DNA of 64,000 nucleotides from Aplysia californica (lineage: Eukaryota), in NCBI RefSeq assembly GCF_000002075.1, contig NW_004797819.1, positions 24,245 through 88,244 of the forward strand, given 5' to 3'. Shown here one piece after another: positions 24,638 to 37,600 of this stretch (its first letter is position 1; the number at the start of each line of letters is the position of its first letter). Both the position numbers and the translations under genes were made by a program. The notes below the pieces were generated by a model. That model made no database searches and was not told the origin of the DNA. It saw only the letters and a list, made by a program, of their open reading frames with translations.

Positions 24638-26280
24638 AAACAAGTTTTAATACTAAAATATAACCTGAAGACAATAAAAGGGTAATGTTACTAAAACCAA
24701 ACAGCAAGATAAAAAAAAGTAGATCTACCCATTTCAAACACTGAGGTACGATCAAAACATTATCAAACCCGAGTTCAACTGATTAAGTGTTCTTTTTACA
24801 TTTATGCATCTGATCAATTTGAAACAAGTTGTGATGTTGCAAATCTTGTTTTAAAAAAATCATAGTTGTAGGAGTTTTAAGCCCCAATTGACACAATTGA
24901 CAAACGCAAAAAAAAATTCTGGACATTTTGAATGAGAAAATTTGGCTAGAAATTACAAATTTATGACCAAATAGTAAATCAATATTGTGAGTCTAACCAG
25001 ATACACAACATTATCCAGCTCACATGCCTCAACCAAAATTGTAGCTAACACGAAAAACCCAAGATTTAAAAAAAAGGTCATGAAAATTTAAACATATTTG
25101 AAGTTCCAACGCAAAATATTGCAAGGAGAAATGCATTGCATAAAAAAATATTCCCATTCTTATCACTTTATGAGAAATCAATCAATTCCCATTCTTATCA
25201 CTTTATGAGAAATCAACCAAAGTGCCAAAATAAATCGAAGGGCGTGGGCTTTTTTTTTGGTACATATAACTAGTCTAGACTCTCCATGGTTCTGTACTAA
25301 AGACTAAAGGAAAATAAAATGCTTTGAAAGGATTGAGAGAAAGCTTTGAGGGGATTGTGTGAAAGCTATTATGTTTATGTTGCCTTCTTAAGGGACAACA
25401 ATCTGTAGAAGCTATCACAGTCCAGAGAAGCATTTAATTTTTATAGTATGGAAAACACCTTGTACCACGTATGTAGAAAAAAGAATAGAACTGGCCACAG
25501 ATCTAAAAAAATTAAGGTTACTAATTCAACCAGGCATTGTAAAGGACTAGTTAAAAGGCAATTCTCTGAATGGGGTAATTAACACCTCTGTACTCACACA
25601 CAGACACATACCAAAGAAATACTTCTTCGTGTGTTTGCACATCGCAAGTGTTAAAAATTGGAAATTACTGAGGGGTGATTATTTTCAGACAACAAGAAAT
25701 CCATAGATATCTTTATATGGGTGGAAGGGGTTGTCCTCAGAAACTTAAAAATATGGAAGCTGATTTAAACATCCCAAATGTAAATTTGTTTGTCAAATAA
25801 TAAAAATTGCAAATATTCTTGTACTAGTATCTGACTTTTGACTGCAAAAGGGAATAGACTACATTGATATATATTGTATTTCATAGTAAAACTTGAGAAT
25901 GATCTGTGGTCAAATACAGTTTGTCGACTTGACTAAAAATATACTTCTTTGATTATCTTAAACGACAACCTAAACTCCTGATTACGCTTTGACTGGGTCT
26001 TTGAGGACTATCAAAAAGGACATACACGAATAAGTTAACAATGGTTAAAAGAAACTTTCCTTCACAAAACAGTGGCAGACTTTTCCTAAGGATGCCTCTT
26101 GATCATTTAAATATTTCCAATATATGACATCCAATTTGGAATGCATTATCACACAAAATAATGCCACTGCCCTGCATTCCATTCTTGATACTGAAATTTC
26201 AAATAAAGAGTTTTCATGTTATACAAACAATTTCATTAAAAAAACTTCAATGTATTCACACGTAAATCTTTCATTATATA

Positions 26281-26716
26281 TGTGAGGCAGTGTGGTGAAA
26301 TCAGGTGCTCGTCAAAATACAAAAAGCGGAGAAAGAGGCATTTTTCTGCCAGTTAGAAAGTTTTTAACGAATTTTTTTTTTTTGGCTCAACCTCTTTAAC
26401 ATCCGTATAAAAATACATTTACATGTGAATTTTACTGAAAAACATTGATTAAAGACACAAAATATGTTATTTTTTTGTTTTCAAGGACTCTTTGGCTATT
26501 GGAGTTACCAGTCGTTGGTAGCCATTTTCTCACTAATTTCATCACTGAAACCAAGCGATCTCACTTCCTTCAATCGCAAATATTTTGATTTCTATTCAAG
26601 ATAAATGGATATTTATTTCATTGGAAGCAAAGCAAATAAATCAGCTTCCACATTATATCAATAACTCCACATGCCCAAAAATGGACGAGCGCCTGATTCC
26701 ACCGCATCGTGACACA
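26281..26716. mobile_element. MITE, copy 2 (inverted relative to copy 1)
   Basis: GTGAAATCAGGTGCTCGTCAAAA … GACGAGCGCCTGATTCCACC. Confidence 0.65.
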
Positions 26717-26887
26717 TATGTTATTGCAAAGTATACTATTACAGCTGTAATTGATATGCACTTCATTTAATATTGTCAAAACAAACAATAATGCCTGGAA
26801 CTTGAACTTGCTGTCTTTTGAAGACAACGAACATTCACAGGCCAACTATGGCTCAGCTCCAGTAAACATTTAGAGTACTCTCTTTAA

Positions 26888-27990
26888 CCCTCCAAGTGTC
26901 AATGTCTTATGTAATTGGCCATACATTTGTTAACGAGCCATCACTGCTAACTCAAACAGCCACTATTTTAACCTTCTCATCGCAACTTTTACTTACTTAC
27001 TTTTACTTTTTTATCCTCTGTTGCCGTTAAGCGTCGAGGGGAGATGCAGTTTTCTATGGTAGGCCAGCTCCGCAGCTCTTTCAGTTGTGATGTTATATTT
27101 TCTTAGGGTTTCCTTGACACCCTCGATCCACCTTTTGCGTGGCCTTCCTCTTCCTTTATAGCCTGAGTGCTTGGTGTTGTAGGCTCTCAAGGCTGGCTGG
27201 TCAGGTGACATGCGTAACAGGTGACCAAACCATTTTATCCTGTCTTTCTATGTAACGCAGGCAGGACTCAGTGCCGATAGCTGCTCTTACTTCTTCATTT
27301 CTCTGCCTGTCTCGTCTTGTGATGTTAAGGGTTTTGCGGAGACATTTCATTTCGCATGCGGTGATTTTGTTTTCATGAGTTTTGCTTTAGGTCCAGGTCT
27401 GGCACTGATAACATAATGTTGGTATGAATATTGAGGTGATAGGCTGTCTCTTTGTGTCCATGGAGATGTTTGGATGAGATAGAAGGGGCGCGAGCTGGTA
27501 GGTGACAGCGTTGGCTTTTTGAGTTCGCATTTCTATTTCTCTGTCTATGGACCCGTTTTCAGAAAAAGTGCTGCCAAGATATTTAAACTCTTTTACCTGT
27601 TTCAGTTGTTTACTATTGACATGGATGTTCAGGGGACTATGGTTTCGGCTCACTTAATTCACCAAATTAGCCTGTTTCAAAACAGCAAAAATTTACATCA
27701 GCTGAAACAGAAAAAAAGTAGTGAAAAAAAGCTTGGGTAAGCCAAAAAAACTCTCTTGTTGTCTTCAATTTCAACTTCTGTCAACGCTCATGACAGTTTA
27801 TCAGAGCACTCGACCATCTAAACAAAAGGCCAGATAAATTCCTGCTCTTTTTATTTATTTTGTAGGGATGAAAGCGATACTAGGACAGTGCAAATAAACA
27901 TGAGCAGGATGATGTGTTGGGTGCAGGTTCCAGACTCCGTTGAGTGAAACATCAGATTAAGAAATGATTTTACTTCTGATACTTGGAGGG
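26888..27990. mobile_element. piggyBac-like MITE interrupted by an RTE fragment
   Basis: TTAA|CCCTCCAAGTGTCA … TGATACTTGGAGGG|TTAA. Confidence 0.75.
26987..27653 (-). mobile_element. RTE-clade LINE 3' fragment
   Basis: LKQVKEFKYLGSTFSENG…PTLCYQCQTWT; …GRGRPRKRWIEGVKE; (AAGT)n tail; frame disruptions. Confidence 0.85.
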
Positions 27991-28320
27991 TTAAAATTTG
28001 GCTTTAAAAAAAAAGAGTAAAATTTAAAGCTCTGAACTGCCACCCACTGGTGCAACACTACAAGTCACTCTTACCAAAAGCCACCAAAAAAATAAAAAAA
28101 ATGTTTAAATGCAAAGCAAAGTACCATATAAAAATTGTGATTTGTAAGTCATATTTCTTACTAATTACTGTCCGATTTACACATTGGTCAAATACTACAA
28201 AGGTGGGAATAAAATCATTTCTGTAACAACAATAAAATCAGTCATCGTCATAAAGCAAAGCTTTAAAACTACGAAAGAAAATGCAGTACGACACAATATG
28301 ATCAAAACTGAGGGCAGCAA

Positions 28321-28695
28321 TTACACTTGAAGCACCAAACCTGCTGCTGACACATTGTCACCACCTCCTCCTGTCTGCAAAATATTAGTACACACAAGCA
28401 CTGGTGCAACACACAAGTCAAAACCATCTTCCTGCCAACATGACACAGGGCGAGTATCATTCACTGGAATGCGCCCTGCCTCTGGGGTTTTACTCAGAGA
28501 AAAGGATTCGTCCATAATGAGTCTCGCTTTTTGAGGGTCAATCTGGTGAGAGCCACATGTGTAGCGATGAGCTGTAAGAGCTGCCTTTGCAGCAGCTGAC
28601 ATTGTGTTTTTCCAACTAGATTCCTTGGTAGTTAGGATAGCTTGAAAGGCCAATGTGTGCACATGAAGTCTGGTCAACTTACGTCGTCCGTCAAT
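28321..28695 (-). CDS. ADPGK: ADPGK exon 7 (terminal coding)
   Basis: atcctcag|IDGRRKLTRLHVHTL…GGGDNVSAAGLVLQV*. Confidence 0.95.
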   Translation of the reverse strand: MDGRRKLTRLHVHTLAFQAILTTKESSWKNTMSAAAKAALTAHRYTCGSHQIDPQKARLIMDESFSLSKTPEAGRIPVNDTRPVSCWQEDGFDLCVAPVLVCTNILQTGGGGDNVSAAGLVLQV

Positions 28696-31600
28696 CTGAG
28701 GATTGGACATAAGATTATGAAGAAAATAAAGCTAGTTTGAAGGTTATTATGGTATTCCTTCAGTCTTTAAATGAGACTCAAGAAAATTCTCCCATGTACA
28801 TTTCTGACACCTATTTCACCGCAGGCGTATTAAAAAAAAAAAAATCAATTAAGGGAAAGTAATAACATAGAAGATCTATCAACCCAAGTTGGGGAAAAAC
28901 AGATCAAAATCCTCCTACAAAAACCAGTCCAGGGGAAAAAAAGTAGGATGCATTCAACTTCAATTGAATCAGGACTTATCATCCGTAACCGAAGCACTAC
29001 TAAACTCAGTTCGATTAACGAACTCAATCAATATTAGTTTAACAAACAATTTTTATGGGATACCATATGTTGCAGTCTAGGAAAGGCTTAGCCATTTAAC
29101 TCTTGGGGATTTGTCCAGATACATGCCCTGAAATCCTGGAAAAGGGATATAATTACTCTAAAACTGTCAACAAATGTTTTTTAAAATTCTTTACAAAAAT
29201 GCTTTGTAAAAAACGCAGCTACATTAGGAAAACAATACTGCTTCCAATGACCCAGTTTCCGCTGTGGTACAGTATGGGCAAGATGTCTATTTCTCCTATT
29301 ATAGTTGTGACTATCGGGTTTTCATTCGTTACTCATCTATTTCGTCAAAAAAAGCAAAGAAAAAAAAAGCAGTTTCTTTAGTGACTTAATATACTTTATA
29401 ACGTAGGCCGAAAAATGAACTTTCAATGTATCACTGTTTGGTTGGGATCACTTCATGGGCTGCGTCTTTATGTATTTTAAAAGTGTTCTTGGATTTGTCC
29501 AAGTTTTAATTACATCGCACTCTCCATTGCGTCATATTTACTTTAAAAATTCAAACATGCACTATTTATGGGTCAATTTCGACCATACAAAAATTCAAAG
29601 AAAGAAGAACAACTCTACTTTCGCTTTAATGCCTCGTTTTCATTCAATTCTAATTAGAATTGTTCTTAGATCTCATAGAAATGTATACCATGGCAGTGTT
29701 GTGCGTTTGGTGATTGAAAAACTGCTCTAGGAGAGAATCGATAGACTCTGCGCAGCACTGCTCAAGGTGCTAAATGGTTAAAAGGGCAAATTTATTTGGT
29801 AAATCTAATTTTAACAAAGTTGTCTAGATTTAATGTCTGAAAGTTGTACAAGGCAGTCCCCGTGGTTTTATGCACCCCGCATAATTTAGCAAAATTTCAT
29901 CATATTTTGCATAATTTCTGATTATTTTCCTTTATCATTCTTTGTTAAAATTAACAGAATCGCATAATTTCACATTTTTGGGCTCAGTTTGCAAAATTTC
30001 AGAATTTTTCTTGCATAAAACGACGGGGACAGACAAGGGAAATATCAAATCACAAAATTTTAAACATGGATTCTTTTCTCTTTTTAAATTTTGCTTTTGG
30101 TTCCAAAAATCACTGCAGCAGCTGAACATAATATTTTGGTAACTACAATTTTTTTATAGTGAAAATTTGCAAAATGTTTGGGTGAGCCTTTCTTAGATTT
30201 AAATTTCATTGTAGGCCACCAAATAAACACAATCATTTCAATATTAGCTTGCCAGCATAAATTACCTCTTTAGTGTCTTTCAGCAAGCTGTAGACAGTTC
30301 TCATTTCATCAAGGACTGATGCCACACGAGGATAGCTGTCAGATACCAAGCTCACATTGCCTCCTTGAAGAATATTCAGGATGTTTGGAAGCTCCTGCAG
30401 GAAAGATTGAAAACACTGGAGGATTAAAAAATCTTCGTTCCTCAGGAAAATGGGCCAATTGGGCTAAAATGAAAAAACCCGAACACATTTCCTTTTACTT
30501 CTTCAAATGCCACATTTGAAGCCAAAACTGGTGGTTTTTGGACTCTTGTCCCCTTTGTATTAATTGACACTTCTCCAGCAGTAAGAGTCCATATCTTTTG
30601 CTTTAGTCATAAAAAGTGCCACAGAGGGCTACATTTACATGCCCTTTAGTAGGTGGTGTACTTTACTCTGGCATGTAAACAGCTGGTTGAACAAAAGACA
30701 GAGCTTGCACTTTTACCTACACATAGACTGGTGAATAATGACAGCTGCAGGACTACAAAAAGCTAAACACTGAGTGCATCCGGACTTAGCGTAGGCAGAA
30801 GAATGGTAAAAAATCTGTGTTGCTGACTCAACTTCAATTTAGAGCAAACCTCACATAATTAGTACAAGAAAACTCAAAGTAATATAAACACAGAAAAGGA
30901 CAATGACTTGTCATTAAAGAACCTGTGTGTGGTACTGATGATAATGCATAGCATTAAAAACTTGTATACGTCGTTTGTCACAGTTTAATGAGAATTTAGT
31001 GAAACCTGCAGGCAGCATCTTTTCATTTAAAAAGGATAAATACAAGTCCATGTCATCAATATTGACAGACCCCATAATGCCTCTCACGAATTCTTCTCTA
31101 TACATTTGTGCATGATTTTAACTTTCAGTGCAAAGGTAAAAGCCTCTCTCACTAGGCTCAGCTTCTTTATATTCTCTCAGTTGTCTCTTTCTGTGTTGCC
31201 TTTTACCAGAACTAAATCACAGTCATAAAGTTGAGCATTTTTCTTTAACTTTACTTGATATACCCTAAGACAGACCTGCCACTCTATGAAAACGCAAAAT
31301 CAGAATCTCAGGGGGGGAAAAAATTGGGATTTGATGAAAAAAAATTGGGATCAACAGCAAATCACCAAGGTGGCTGTCAAGCCAATATAAAATTTTAAAA
31401 TATAGATTTATATTTATTATGCTCTCTGTGTGCGCGTGCGTATGTGTGCGATTATTTTAAAAAAATAATCCTGAAAGCATCACTCCAAGTACCCAAGTGT
31501 CCACCCTCCATCCACCAATAAGTTCCGAAAGACACTTCAACCCGTGTATATGACCTTAAGTTGACCCCTTCAACTGATAGTCCCTGACACACATGAACCC

Positions 31601-34600
31601 ACATGCTGAAGTCATGTCATGTGATGCCAAAGCGCGATTGACACAGTTTTACTGACTGGGCTGACTAGAGTAACTTGACCACTTGCAGCCACGAGAAAAC
31701 ATTCCCCCCCAGTTAGCATTGCTTCTGCACAAAGGGAAAAAAAGCAGCAGGAACAGCCCTTACCTGGCAGGGAATTTAAAGACTTCAATTATAGAGTGCA
31801 GTGGGTGTTTTCTGCACAACTTGGCGTACCACTTCGAGGCCAGCTGCCCTGAGCGCGGCCAATGACGAGCCACAGATGCGGCCACCTGACCAAGGTGCGG
31901 ACGAATCTATGCCCGTTATGCCACCAGGCCTTAAACAAGCTTCAAACACTTGAAAACATTTTACTTCCTGCTTTAGAGAAGAAGGCAGAGTAAGTTTTTA
32001 GAAATATCCGATGCAACAAACTAGAACAAACAATTGGGATACACGTGATTGAAATCGGGAAAGTCGGGATGCTTGAGATTTGAGGCAAAAAAATCAGGAT
32101 ATCCCAATTATATCAGGATGAGTGGCAGGTCTGCAGAGAGTCTCTCTCCTCTTCTCCTCGATCGTATCACAATTAAAGTCTGGTATCTGTAATAATTTGG
32201 GCCGTCCTGCTCATTTCATCTGTCGGCCCGTATAGCTTTTCTTGTACAGCGTCAGTGGGGTTGGCCATGTTTCCTGTCTCAGGGCCCTGTGTGTCTTGCA
32301 GTGCTAAAGGAAGTGTTCAACAGTTTGGTCTGCCTCTCCACACTGGCATTTTGGTGACTGTACTAGTTTAAAACATCTGTACATATGTTGTCTCAGTCTT
32401 GTGCATTGTGTCCTTAGTCGGAAGATAATCACTTGTTCTTGGCGGGACAGCTCATGGTAGCTAACAGGTGTCTGAGGTGCTTTAAATAGTGTATTTATAA
32501 TGGTTTTTATTTCTGTGTAGTTAACGCTGTTGTCTGGTTGTTCTTTCTGTGCTCCTAGTTTGGCCATCCTGTCTGCCTGCTCATTTCCTAAAACACCACA
32601 GCGTGATGGAATCCACTGCAGCATGATCCTCAGACATGGGATGTCCTCAATTACTTATCATAGCCTTGGTAGTTTTTCGGCAGTGACTGCCTGCAGTACT
32701 GACATGGCATCTGTTAGGAGCTCTGCAGAGAGTGACTACATTGACTTGTTCGGAGACAGCACAAATCAGTGCACAGTGGCATATATATAGTCAACACACA
32801 GGTCAGGTAGGCTCCGAAGGTAGAGCTCAAATAATTTGACAGAAACAAACCACAAAATTCCACAGAACTTACCTGTTCATTCATTCCCAAGGAGTCTGAA
32901 AAGTAGACCACATTTTCAATGATCTCATTCAATAAGCCCTCATCTGCAAAAGAAGCCATCTCAAAATGTATGTGGGTGGAACGTGGGATCTCTTTCAGAA
33001 AGTCCCTCAGCTTCTGTAGTCTGGCTTGTCGCACACCTGAGAGAAGAAGCAAGTAAGTAAAGTAATGGAAGTTTTAATCAAAGCATCAGTCGGGACAAGT
33101 TCTTTTCAACAAATGATTTTATCAAATTTAGAAATTTTCCAGAAGCTAGACTTTTCCATGTGAAGGTTTTCGTGCTTAAGTCCTTCAAAGACATGTTCCT
33201 TTGCGTAGCTGTGCTTCCCTAAGGACAGCTCAGAATAGAATACTACCTTTGGAATTCTCAGGCATTCTTATAACACGCCCAGCCCAGTAAAGTTGAGTTC
33301 TTTTGACAACAGACTCTCGGCATTTGTTTTTCTGAGGGTCTGTGAGTCCAAAGTTCTTATATGTATTTGAAAAACAGATCAATACAGTTTTGTGTGCTGG
33401 ATTCTTTATGAGCGAACAATGCACAATCATCAGCAAATAACAGTTCACAGACATGTATCATGCTAGTTTTTGGCTTTGCCTGCAGTCTACAGGAGTTAAA
33501 GACTTTACTAGTAATACTAGGGGCCTTACAAAAGGACATTTATAGCATTCTGGTTTCTGTGTCTGTTGGGGGACTGTCTTGGAATTGATACTCGATGGTT
33601 GGTTTAATATACTGTCAAAGTGTTCGGCCCAGTGTTTTGATATCACATCCTTATCTTTGGTACGCTTAAAACCAGGGGTTATTTTTCAATGAAAGATTAA
33701 ATTGAATTTTGAAATCTTTAAAAAACTGTTTTGAGAGGTATATCACATCCTTATCTGTGGCACGCTTAGAACCAGGGATTATTTTTCAAAGAAAGATTAC
33801 ATTGAATTTTGAAATCTTTAAAAACTGTTTTGAGAGGTATCTGGTTCCATAAAGAGTATAAACTTCTTGGGCTTTCATCTACGATATCTCAACAAAAAAA
33901 TAAAAAGATAAATTCAAGCTCCCCCCCCCTCCCCCAACAAAACAACCCAATTAGTATTGAATTACCTTTCTCATATGGAAACCCATCCATCATCTGGAGG
34001 CCTCCAATGACTACAAGTGACGGCTGAAACTTGACCACCTCCTCAATGAATGCCTCCATTCCATCTATATAGGGATTCACATTGTCACTGTGAACGATGA
34101 GTCTGAAAGGAGCAAAGATAGGTTTTTTAAAGAAAACAGAATAACCAAGAAGACATTAAAAACTCTACCTTAAGAAAGCCAAACAGGGATGAAAATGTCT
34201 TCCACAACATGCAGTTGGTAAGGAAAAATATTTCAAATGATTCAAACATGCACAGACTATGTGACTGGAAAATCTTACGTCAACAGCACTTGGGAAGGCA
34301 GGGTATATTTTCTCAAAAAGCCTTTTCTGCTCCCCAAAACAGGAACAGACGTATAACATTTAAAAATAAATAGTTACAGGGAGTCCATTAACATCAACTA
34401 ACCCTTTAGCTACCAGTAACACTGTTGGATATGGTACAAAGCCATTATATATAAATGAATCAGTTGTAACATACAGTCAAGCACGGATATCGTGAACACG
34501 ATGGGGGTTGACAAGTGTGTTCAAAACATCAGTAATTCCAATAAACTGATATTATGATGGAAAATACCAGAGATATGGAAGAAAATCAAGGTAAGCCACT

Positions 34601-37600
34601 GAGGTGGTATAATGATCAGAAAAATAATCACTGTCATAATAAAAAGTATCTCTTACGTTGCATCAATAGTTAAGTTAAGACTATTGGACTGGTAATTGTG
34701 AGATTCGGGGATCTGAATCTGAGGCTCCGCTCGGTTTGACAATGCGTCTTTGAGAAATGCATTTTGCAAGCCATATTCCCATTTAGAATCATCCTATCAA
34801 ACATGGACCTACAACTAAAAAATTTTGTTTTGTAAATAATCTTAGTGTTGTAAGGAGTGTTAAAACTACACAGTTTCGCATATATCGCACCCAGTATCGA
34901 TAAAAGGATAGCCTGAGCGTATGCCTAGTTTGGTGATGAACAAAGAAAGAGAAGGAAAGCGATGCTGATGAGCCTAACGACTTAAACAAAAATTCTCCAA
35001 AATCACATCACCAACATAATTAGCACACCATACAGAACAATGCAGAGTCATATTGTTTGTCTTCAATCCCACCCCACCACCCATCCTCACATGACTAGAC
35101 TCAAGGAAATTCTGGTGCCTTATGCACATGACTGACTATTATACTATAGGTGATGTGTGATGAGCGTATCGAAGAAGATGGGTGTTTTGTTTTCCCTTGT
35201 GGGTGCAGGGTGATTTGAATTTGAAACAATTGTGAGGAAAAATTATGACCTAGCTTTTCAAGATGAGATGTTCAAGACAACCATGCTGGTGTCTGAGAAC
35301 AGTGCTGCCAATACAAAGGAACTCTACCCGTTCAGTCAGCTGGGGGAATGGCACATTGTTCAAGTTATTTGTGAATCCAATAATCACATGCTTGATTAAT
35401 CTGTGCTTGACTGTATATATACAATCTACCATAAATCATCATGTAATCATGATTTTGAAGCCAAACAAAAGCCTTATAACAGAGCACTTAACACAGCTCA
35501 TTTTTCTCCTAAGCACACATGGTCAATATCAGTCTATAAACTTGGTCATTCCCTCTGAGTCACTTTCAACCCTTTCTATAAAGTTTTGGTAGCAAACATG
35601 CAGCAACAAAGAGAACAGCAAGAAGAGTATGCACTAAAAATGGTTTGGTAGGTAACTGAAAAAGCCCACCTGTTTCCTCGTGGACTAACATATTTTCCCC
35701 ACTTGTCATTCCTGTCGTACTCCATAAGCAGATGCACATCTGATTTGGGTAGTGTCTCTCCAATAACTGAGGAACACAACAATGGATGTTTCTAAGATAC
35801 TACACGGCAGAGTGCCGTTTCATTACATCAAATCTTATTTCCGTACAGTCACAAGTGTGAGGAGTTGAGACAGTTTACGGTGGACACAGTTGGCTGCCTG
35901 TGGGCTGTATGGACAAATGCACTTAGATAAGCAGACATGAAGGCCAATAGTCTAAATAGACATAAATCTAAAAAAATGAATATTAATATTGAATGCATCT
36001 GTCTCATGCTAAATTATCAATACCTCGTTCCGCCATGTAGGGGTAGTAGGACGTTATAACCTTACGAAAGTAAGTTGCTTAATTTTCTTCAGTTCAGAAT
36101 CCTGTAATATGATACTAATACTAGTCAACAGAAAGAGTTGGAAATAAAGAATACTACTACTATTGAAGAGCATACCAGGCCACAGTCTTAAAGACCTTCC
36201 GGAGGCTCTAGTGGTCTAGAGGTTAAGGTGTTCGCCTCTCTTTCAATAGGTCCCAGGTTCTCCTATCCTTTCCTACTCTTTAACAATGTTCTTTCGTCTG
36301 CTTTCTACCCCCACCCCCTCACCTTCTTTGCCCCCCTCCTCTTGGCTCCTGACTCATTCTGCAGCCTTTCTACTGCAACTCCTTGGCTCCTTCTTACAGC
36401 TGTCTTTCAGCCACACCCCTGATCTTGTGGTAGTTAAGATCTACACCTAGCATTCTCAGATAAGGGACAAAAATCTTGGAGGTCCCCTGAGCAAGTTGCG
36501 CATGTTAAAGATCCCCTGATGGTCCAAAATCAATAAGAGTAGGCATTGGTCTCCCACCCAGGCAAAATTCAGAATTTTCTACCTACCGAAAATGTTAAAT
36601 GAGTCCTGCATGCTCATATGCAGTTGCGAGCGCCGTAAAACATTTACTTAAAAACAAAAGATCTTCCATAATATAAAATGCTTGCATTATGAATACATTT
36701 GTGCTGTCATGCACAATCCGTGTCAACGACTGTAATAACATACTAATAAGGCCCAACATTGATAAATCCCATAGTGTACTCTGTCTTGTTCAGCACCATT
36801 CCAGCTTGAGCAATGTGTAAACTCAAATTTTATTGTATTCACAACTTAACTGTTTCGGTAAAGATTTATTCAATTCTTTTGTCTCTTGTATTGTAAATAA
36901 GATCGACAAGGGCTAAAAAATCAGTGCCAATGCACAAAGTAAAAAGCAATATTTTTTAAAAGTTCCGCAACAATTCAAGTTTGAGCACCGGAAAAGTGCA
37001 CACAGCAGGGCGAAGTGATAATTTTGTCCCAAATTCATGCCATTTTTCTCTTAACTTAAATAGCATTAATAAATAAAAGGACATTTACAGATTTGTGTTC
37101 ACCTTTTTTTACCTCCTTTGAAATATGGTATTTTTGTGTTTTACATTGGGGCAAATCAATAAATAACCCTTTGTGGAATCCACATCAAGGTCTGAGGGTT
37201 GATCGCTGCACTCTTTTCTATGCTTAAAACTGTTCTTATGTCAAAGTTGAGTGTATTTTGCATTCAGCATGCTAAATTACATGCAAATACAAAATATCAG
37301 TTTCAGGAGGAACAACTCAGTACTCAGTTCCCCACACCCCTGACTTCAAAGAGAATTATGAAGACAGAAATGCTGAAATTCAAAGAGGAATGTCACAACA
37401 CATCACGTAAAATCAGTTTAAAAGTTTTTTATGAAAAACATGCAACCGATCAAGGAAACCTGTGCAGAAGAATGTGTGCTGTGATCAAAGCCAGTGACAT
37501 GCTATCACTAATGGATTTCTCTACTCCAAATTCAACACTCCATCTCATAATGCATGCCATTGACTTCCAAACATACAGTGAACCTTGAACAAGGAAAGTA

